64,000 nt of DNA from an uncultured archaeon (GTDB lineage Archaea > Thermoplasmatota > Thermoplasmata > Thermoplasmatales > Thermoplasmataceae), in NCBI GenBank assembly GCA_000965745.1, contig CP009479.1, forward strand, positions 1,600,001-1,664,000, written 5' to 3'. The notes under the pieces were generated by a model. That model made no database searches. It was given only the letters and a program-made list of their open reading frames with translations, and was not told the DNA's origin. The number at the start of each line of letters is the position of its first letter. Positions within the stretch are counted from its first letter, which is position 1. A program made the position numbers and the translations under genes. Positions 57,879 to 64,000 of the stretch are shown here, piece after piece.

Positions 57879-60299
57879 TTATGCCCTGTTTATCAGGTTG
57901 CGTATCTTTTCAGGAGTGAGTGGCAGAGTAGACACCTTTGCGCCATATTCAGAAAGTGCGTCTTCAACTGCATTGCACATTGTGACCAGGGGTCCGAACG
58001 TTTCTCCTTCACCAATGCCCTTTATCCCTAGTGAAGAGCGAGGTGAAGGGGTAACCACATGATCATCCACGATGTTTGGTATCTCCATGGTGGTGGGTTT
58101 CAGATAGTTCGCGAATGATGATGCTATAAGCTGCCCGTCTTCGTCGTAAACGAAATCCTCCATCAAGGCCACGCCAATTCCGTGGGCGACCCCGCCGTGT
58201 AATTGCCCCTGCACTATCTGTGGGTTTATTACATTCCCGATGTCGTGAACAACGAAGTACTTCAGAATGCTGATGATCCCTGTTTCTCTGTCAACTTCTA
58301 TCAATGCAACGTGTGCGGAGTTGGGGTACGTCATATATCCTGTTGGCGAGCCTGATCCGGTCACAAGCTGGTGAGTGGCACCTGTTTCTATCTCTTTAGT
58401 CGCATCAAAGGCCTTGACAGCAGACTCGTTGTTCCCAATCCATGTTACCTCAAGGCCGGGGTCTATTTTGCCGGGTACAAGATAGGGATTCTGGTACGTT
58501 GCCTTTGCAATGTCCTGTATTGTTACCTTGTTTTCCGGGTTGGTCTTCGAGAATGCCACACTCTCGGATACCTCAATATCCTCGGGACCGGTTTTCAACA
58601 TCGCAGCGGCATTCGTAACAACTTTTTGCCTCAGCAGCTTTGCTGCCATCACTGCTGCCTCCACGTCAGGCCCGGAGAATTTGTTTGCATGTGTCCCTGA
58701 GAATGGCGTCCAAGGGCTGTAGTACGAGTCAAACGGATGCACCCTAATGTCATCCGGCTTCATTCCAACAATATCAGAAACTATCTGCACAAATGCGGTA
58801 GAGTGTGAGGTTCCCATATCCGGAGAGCCAGATCTCACGGATGCTGTCCCCCTGGGGTCTATGTTTATGGTAATGCCCTCGATCTCCCTTGCCGTTGCAG
58901 ATGCACCATGTATATATGTCGTGATGCCAATTCCAACCAGCCTTCCCTGCTCCTTAAGCCTGTCCCGTTCCTTTTTCATCTCTTCGTAACCAGAGACTTC
59001 CAGAGCTTTTTTGAGGACGGCCGGGTAATTCCCTGAATCATATATCCTCCCACTTGGTGTTACATATGGAAACTCATCGGGTTGGATGAAATTCCTGAAC
59101 CGTATTTCTGCAGGATCCATCTTCAATTCCTGTGCGACAGTCTCGATCATTCTTTCCACAATGTATACAATTCCAGGTTTGCCGACACCCCTGTTGGGCA
59201 TAGACGGGCATTCATTGGTAAGAACTGTATATGAATCCCACTCAATGTTATTTATTTTGTAGCATCCGCTTATGAGTGTGGCGTGCATTGAAGCATAAGT
59301 TCCAGCATAAGTGAGGGATGCACCGTCATTGTTTATGTCCCTGAACCTGAACGCAAGGATTTTTCCGTCCTTCTTTGCTGCAACTTCTATATCTGCCATA
59401 AGTCCGGCTGTCTGGCCTCCGGATGAAAGATGCTCCGTTCTGTCTTCGAGGTACTTTACATTCATACCGGGCAGCTTCATTGCCAGAATAGTTGCTATTG
59501 AGAGTTGCCTCCAAGGCCTGGTCTTCAGTCCAAAGCCACCTCCTATATCATTGATTATCAGGTGCACGCTGTTAGATGGAATCCCGAAAATCTTCGAAAT
59601 AGTCATCATCACGTGGCCCGGCATCTGGGCATTAGATTTCAGTGTAAGCTCTCCGGAAATGTCATCGTATGTGGCGATAACAGAGACTGATTCAAGCGGT
59701 GTTGAACTGTATCTCTGAAGGCCCACCCTCTTTTTTAACACGACATCCGCCTGCTTGAAGGCACCTTCCACGTCGCCCCACTTACCATGGTTATGGCCCA
59801 CAACGTTCGTTCCAAATGAGTCATAGACTAGCGGAGAATCCTTTGACATAGCACTTTCAGGGTCCACTACAGGTTTTAGAGGCTCATATTCGACGTCTAT
59901 CAATTCAAGAGCATCTTCCGCCAGTTCAGGAGAGATGGCTGCAACTGCCGCTACTGGCTCTCCCATGTACCTGACCTTCTTGGTTGCAAGACAGTATTCT
60001 TCGGACGGGAACTTTGATATGGCATAGGGAGGCAGTGGCTGGGAATATTTCAGAGCATCATCGCCTGTTGCAACTTCTATTACCCCTTCCATCTTCCGGA
60101 CCCGCGAAACATCCACCTTCAGTAATCTGGCATGTGCGTACGGGCTCCTCAGGATTGCCACGAATACGGTGTCCGCCACCCTCAAGTCTTCCACAAAGTT
60201 GGTGTTTCCCGTCAACAGTCTCTTGTCCTCTACCCTTCTAAGTGACGTGCCTATGTAATTTCTTCTTTCTTCCTGGGTTACCTGGATCTGTTCTACCAT
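57879..60299 (-). CDS. molybdenum hydroxylase (xanthine dehydrogenase/CoxL-like) large subunit
   Basis: RSPYAHA, GGGFGLK, GQLHGG and KGIGE motifs; lacks the CODH AYxCSFR loop. Confidence 0.92.
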   Translation of the reverse strand: MVEQIQVTQEERRNYIGTSLRRVEDKRLLTGNTNFVEDLRVADTVFVAILRSPYAHARLLKVDVSRVRKMEGVIEVATGDDALKYSQPLPPYAISKFPSEEYCLATKKVRYMGEPVAAVAAISPELAEDALELIDVEYEPLKPVVDPESAMSKDSPLVYDSFGTNVVGHNHGKWGDVEGAFKQADVVLKKRVGLQRYSSTPLESVSVIATYDDISGELTLKSNAQMPGHVMMTISKIFGIPSNSVHLIINDIGGGFGLKTRPWRQLSIATILAMKLPGMNVKYLEDRTEHLSSGGQTAGLMADIEVAAKKDGKILAFRFRDINNDGASLTYAGTYASMHATLISGCYKINNIEWDSYTVLTNECPSMPNRGVGKPGIVYIVERMIETVAQELKMDPAEIRFRNFIQPDEFPYVTPSGRIYDSGNYPAVLKKALEVSGYEEMKKERDRLKEQGRLVGIGITTYIHGASATAREIEGITINIDPRGTASVRSGSPDMGTSHSTAFVQIVSDIVGMKPDDIRVHPFDSYYSPWTPFSGTHANKFSGPDVEAAVMAAKLLRQKVVTNAAAMLKTGPEDIEVSESVAFSKTNPENKVTIQDIAKATYQNPYLVPGKIDPGLEVTWIGNNESAVKAFDATKEIETGATHQLVTGSGSPTGYMTYPNSAHVALIEVDRETGIISILKYFVVHDIGNVINPQIVQGQLHGGVAHGIGVALMEDFVYDEDGQLIASSFANYLKPTTMEIPNIVDDHVVTPSPRSSLGIKGIGEGETFGPLVTMCNAVEDALSEYGAKVSTLPLTPEKIRNLINRA

Positions 60300-60301
60300 A
60301 A

Positions 60302-60856
60302 TTATGAACCTCCTGAATTTTTATTGTTCCTGTTTCCTGCTTCACTTCCGAAATTCGATGAGCTTGCCTCTTTAACTGCCTTGATTATGTTGAGGTACCC
60401 TGTGCACATGCAGAGATTTCCTGCCAGCCCTTTCCTTATCTCTTCTTCGGACGGGTGTGGGTTCTTTCCCAACAGATAAAGGGAAGACATCAGGAATCCA
60501 GGGGTGCAATAGCCGCATTGCAATGCATGGTTTCTGGCAAAGGATTCCTGCAGAGCGCTAAGATTGCCGTTGGAACTTATCCCTTCAACGGTGGTGACCT
60601 TTGTTCCATTCGCCCTCGCAGCGAGAACAGTGCAGGACTTGACGGATTTTCCGTCCATGAGGACCGTGCATGCTCCGCAGTTTGTCGTGTCACACCCTAC
60701 ATGTATGCCCTTGACGCCCAGATGGTCCCTCAAAAAGAAAGCGAGGAGAGACCTCGGCTCAACGTCAGCCTCTACCGGTACACCATTAAGCTCAAATTCC
60801 AGGTCGATTTTCTGTACACTCACTTCTTTCCTCTTTTTCCTTTGGGAAGAGATCAT
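60302..60856 (-). CDS. Mo-hydroxylase 2x[2Fe-2S] small subunit
   Basis: GCD..CGACT, QCGYCTPG and CMCTGY motifs. Confidence 0.95.
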   Translation of the reverse strand: MISSQRKKRKEVSVQKIDLEFELNGVPVEADVEPRSLLAFFLRDHLGVKGIHVGCDTTNCGACTVLMDGKSVKSCTVLAARANGTKVTTVEGISSNGNLSALQESFARNHALQCGYCTPGFLMSSLYLLGKNPHPSEEEIRKGLAGNLCMCTGYLNIIKAVKEASSSNFGSEAGNRNNKNSGGS

Positions 60857-61734
60857 TTCGTACCACCCCTTAACCTGTTCATTGCCTCAAGAAGAGCTCT
60901 CTTAACGTATTCGCTGCCCACCTCTTTCTTATATTCAGCACTCCCTCTGATTGCATCATCGAGTGGGTCCATATCGTCTCTTGAAGATTCAGCGGCGTCT
61001 GCTATGCTTTCTGGCGTGAGTTCCTTTCCGATAAGTGCCTTCTCGGCACTCTCTGACCTAATATTCGTCATTCCGAGTGAAGTCAACCCGATGCCCACAT
61101 ATTTGCATACATCCTGTTCATCAACTTTTAGCTGAACGGCTGCACCAAGAACAGCAAAATCCCCTGCCCGCCTTTCAAGTTTTGCATAAGTGCCGGAACT
61201 CCTTTCCCCGTAAACTGGAATAGTAACAGAAGATAGAATTTCGTCTTCTCCCAGGGCGGGCGTAAAACTGTCAACGAAGAAATCATCAGCCCTGATTTCC
61301 CTGCTTCCGTCCGAGCTCGACACTTGAACGGTACCTCTCATCGCTATCAACGCTGATCCCCAGTCACCTGAAGGGTCTGCGTGGCAAAGTCCACCTCCTA
61401 TGGTTCCCATGTTCCTGACCTGTTCGTCGCCTATATGGGAAGCAGTCTCTGACATCAGAAATGCTTTCTTCCGTATCAGGCCAGAAGCTTCAACTTCCCC
61501 GTGAGTAGCCAGTGCTCCAATTCTGATATGGCCCTTCTCTTCGGATATGTCGGCCAGCCCTTTTATGCCTGAAATGTCCACAATATGCTCAAACCTTGTC
61601 AGCCTTAGCTTGAGCACCGGTATGAGGCTCATACCGCCAGCCAGTACTTTCGACTCACCTGAATGCTTGCGAAGCAATTCAGATGCTTCCCCAATATTCT
61701 TGGGCGTGTAATATTGAAATTGTGCCGGATACAT
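60853..61734 (-). CDS. Mo-hydroxylase FAD-binding medium subunit
   Basis: LAGGMSL and RNMGTIGG..HADP..D motifs. Confidence 0.95.
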   Translation of the reverse strand: MYPAQFQYYTPKNIGEASELLRKHSGESKVLAGGMSLIPVLKLRLTRFEHIVDISGIKGLADISEEKGHIRIGALATHGEVEASGLIRKKAFLMSETASHIGDEQVRNMGTIGGGLCHADPSGDWGSALIAMRGTVQVSSSDGSREIRADDFFVDSFTPALGEDEILSSVTIPVYGERSSGTYAKLERRAGDFAVLGAAVQLKVDEQDVCKYVGIGLTSLGMTNIRSESAEKALIGKELTPESIADAAESSRDDMDPLDDAIRGSAEYKKEVGSEYVKRALLEAMNRLRGGTK

Positions 61735-62031
61735 ATATTACATCACTCAAAGGGTATGTAGCAAGTGATTAATATTATTATCGACCCATACCGCATTAGA
61801 AAGAGTTTTATAAACAAAACTGTGGAAATAACCCCGAAAATTGGCCATAAGTGTAGCACACCCCGGACTCTGTCGCCTAATTCTCGTTTTTTCCAAAACA
61901 TGATGTGCTTTTGCCATTGAGCCGGCAAATACTGGCGTGCTAACTAATCCCGTATGGAGATAGCTATTAATTGATATAAAGAGTGCGCAATTTTAGAGAG
62001 AATAAATTTAATAACAAGTGCATATAGGTTT

Positions 62032-63036
62032 ATGGCAAACGTCCCAATAAGTCTAGCGATGGCAGACTATGATAGAACGAAAGCACTTATCGAAGGATTC
62101 CACAAGCCAGTCGGAATAGACCTTACATATGTCGTATCCCCACCATCGGAAACTTTCTGGAGAATGCTCAGATTTGCAGAGTTCGAGGCATCCGAAATGT
62201 CACTTTCAACCTTTCTGATTTCTAAATCCCAGGGCAGAAAATGGAAGGCAATACCCGTATTTCCTTTCAGGGGTTTTTTCCACACCAACATATTTGTATC
62301 AAGGAAGTCAAGTGTAAAAGAGCCCGAGGACCTGAAGGGAAAGAAGTTCGGTGTCCCTGAGTACCAGGTAACAGCAGCTGTCTGGCTGAGGGGAGCCCTC
62401 GAAGAAGATTTCGGGGTTGCACCTCAGGATATGACGTGGTACGTGGAACGCAAGAAAGGCCTCAGCCACGGCGGTGAAACTTCTTTCAAGCCTCCTGAAG
62501 GGGTTAAAATTGAGCAGGTTCCAGAGGGAGAAACGCTTGACTCAATGATAAGATCCGGGAAACTAGATGCCATAATGCCCAGCCCATATCCGGGCATGAA
62601 ATCGCTGTTGAATAAGACCGATTATCTGGAGCTGAGTAAATCGGATGAAGTCAGGCTGCTTTTTGATGACCCAGTGGAGGAAGGTAGGAGATTCTTCAAA
62701 AAGCATGGATATAGCCACATAAACCACACTGTGATAGTGAGGGATGATGTGGTAGAGAAGTATCCATGGGTCCCACTTAACCTCTATAAGGCCTTTGAAG
62801 AGTCCAAAATAATCTCAAACCAGAAACTTGACAAGATGATCAAATCTAGTCTAGTCTTCGGATTTCCATACCTGATGAAAGAGAGGGAGATATTCGGAGG
62901 AGATGCGTTTCCTTATGGTATGGACAGGAACAGGAAAGCTCTGGAAGAATTGGTTCAGATGTCGGTTAATCAAGGACTTACCTCTAAGCCCCTAGATCTG
63001 GATTCCCTCTTCTATGAAGATACGTTGAATGCTTAA
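62032..63036 (+). CDS. 4,5-dihydroxyphthalate decarboxylase-like (PBP-fold) protein
   Basis: YDRT.AL..G, E.FWR..EF..SEMS, PVFP.R, GVPEYQ.TA.VW.RG, H and PYG...NR motifs; no signal peptide. Confidence 0.8.
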   Translation: MANVPISLAMADYDRTKALIEGFHKPVGIDLTYVVSPPSETFWRMLRFAEFEASEMSLSTFLISKSQGRKWKAIPVFPFRGFFHTNIFVSRKSSVKEPEDLKGKKFGVPEYQVTAAVWLRGALEEDFGVAPQDMTWYVERKKGLSHGGETSFKPPEGVKIEQVPEGETLDSMIRSGKLDAIMPSPYPGMKSLLNKTDYLELSKSDEVRLLFDDPVEEGRRFFKKHGYSHINHTVIVRDDVVEKYPWVPLNLYKAFEESKIISNQKLDKMIKSSLVFGFPYLMKEREIFGGDAFPYGMDRNRKALEELVQMSVNQGLTSKPLDLDSLFYEDTLNA

Positions 63037-63151
63037 TTCCTGACCATTTTTAACCAATTTTTTTTGTTATGCCCTATAATTGCTGATAAACTGAGTATAT
63101 TACAATATAGTGGTGAGGTAAATTTATAATATTTCTTGATATCAATCCTTT

Positions 63152-64000
63152 ATGGAACAAAAACTAACTGATCTACTGGAAGAACTGCCGAAGAATAACT
63201 ACAACACATATTATCAGTCTTCAGCAGGCAGGGGAAAACACAAGACAATAATGTCAACAATACCTTCACCCATAGCAGAACCCTTCAGTTGGGACTACGA
63301 AAGGACAAAAGAATTCCTCTACCGCCTTAGTGAAATCCTGACCCCGGAAGAAGCGGAAAGACTCAATATACAGTTTGAAAACCCATCGCTGAAAGACATA
63401 GTGCCTGCAGCCCTTGCACCTACCGTCAGGGGCGGAATACAGCTGCTGAAGCCAGGTCAGAAGGCACCAACTCATAAGCATTCCCCCAATGCCTTCAGGC
63501 TGATCCTGGAAGCTCCTGCCGATGATGCATACACTGTTGTTAACGGAGTGGAACTTCCAATGCACACCGGAGACCTCGTCCTGACCCCCAACTGGACGTG
63601 GCATGACCATCATAATGACAGCAGTGGCGACGTCATATGGTTTGACGGGCTTGACATAATATTTGTTTACTGGATAGGCGGTGTGTTTTACTCTCTGCCC
63701 AAAGGTGAGAAATCACCCAATACAGTTGCGGAGGACGGCAATGATAATTTCAACGAGTATGGAAGCGGGCTGGTACCTGACACAGTGCACGGAGAGCTCG
63801 ATTACGATCCGATGTTTTACTACCCGTATGAAAAGGCCAGGCAGGCCCTCGTGTCCCTTGCAAAGACAAGAACCGGGGAGAGCAGTGTGACCCTTGAATA
63901 TACAAACCCGATAACCGGGGGGCCTGTATTTCCCTCGATGGGCCTCAAGCTTACCATGGTGAGGGGAGGCAAGACGACTCCATTAATTCAAAGAACTGAA
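63152..64000 (+). CDS. second gentisate 1,2-dioxygenase-like cupin (3' partial)
   Basis: Read manually because it is absent from the ORF track: MEQKLTDLL...THKHSPNAFR...PNWTWHDH.N..WFDGLD...YTNPITGG; open to the window end. Confidence 0.85.
   Translation, partial: MEQKLTDLLEELPKNNYNTYYQSSAGRGKHKTIMSTIPSPIAEPFSWDYERTKEFLYRLSEILTPEEAERLNIQFENPSLKDIVPAALAPTVRGGIQLLKPGQKAPTHKHSPNAFRLILEAPADDAYTVVNGVELPMHTGDLVLTPNWTWHDHHNDSSGDVIWFDGLDIIFVYWIGGVFYSLPKGEKSPNTVAEDGNDNFNEYGSGLVPDTVHGELDYDPMFYYPYEKARQALVSLAKTRTGESSVTLEYTNPITGGPVFPSMGLKLTMVRGGKTTPLIQRTE

Noticed and set aside
61586-61595. TGCTCAAACC match to the copy-1 guide flank
   Set aside because: Only 10 nt with no TAM-like motif; expected by chance.
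57879-61734. Aerobic CO dehydrogenase
   Set aside because: Lacks the AYxCSFR loop and cox accessory genes.
1-64000. CRISPR array accompanying the cas1 remnant
   Set aside because: No regularly spaced direct repeats were seen.

Overview
This is most likely DNA from a Thermoplasmatales-like acidophilic archaeon. The evidence is GGTGA/GGAGG Shine-Dalgarno sites, TATA-proximal near-leaderless genes, a surface protein with FxETGLPxGTxWSV repeats and a cupredoxin. Bases 1-15 kb are an eroded accessory region around tRNA-Leu(TAG), with a MazF toxin, an RHH antitoxin-like gene, a Cas1 remnant, a VapBC pair broken by IS256, SDRs, OsmC, an MFS and a SEC-C protein. Bases 15-44 kb are mostly metabolic: asd/aspartokinase, a cupredoxin pair, an amidase, a ZIP transporter with a DtxR-type box, leuACDB, a CBS protein, an NnrS-like protein, HicBA, IS3 and pheA. 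Bases 44-64 kb form an uncharacterised catabolic island: FAH hydrolase, NiCoT, three cupins, an EutA-like ATPase without eutBC, an ABC importer, two gentisate-dioxygenase-like paralogs, a three-subunit Mo-hydroxylase and a PhtD-like decarboxylase, interrupted by ISL3. The top leads are (1) a Leu-rich leader peptide with two mutually exclusive SD-sequestering helices upstream of leuA, a candidate archaeal ribosome-mediated attenuator; (2) the EutA-like/cupin/NiCoT module; and (3) two orphan IS605/TnpB omegaRNA-like elements with compensatory base changes. All family assignments come from motif recognition by eye; no searches were run.
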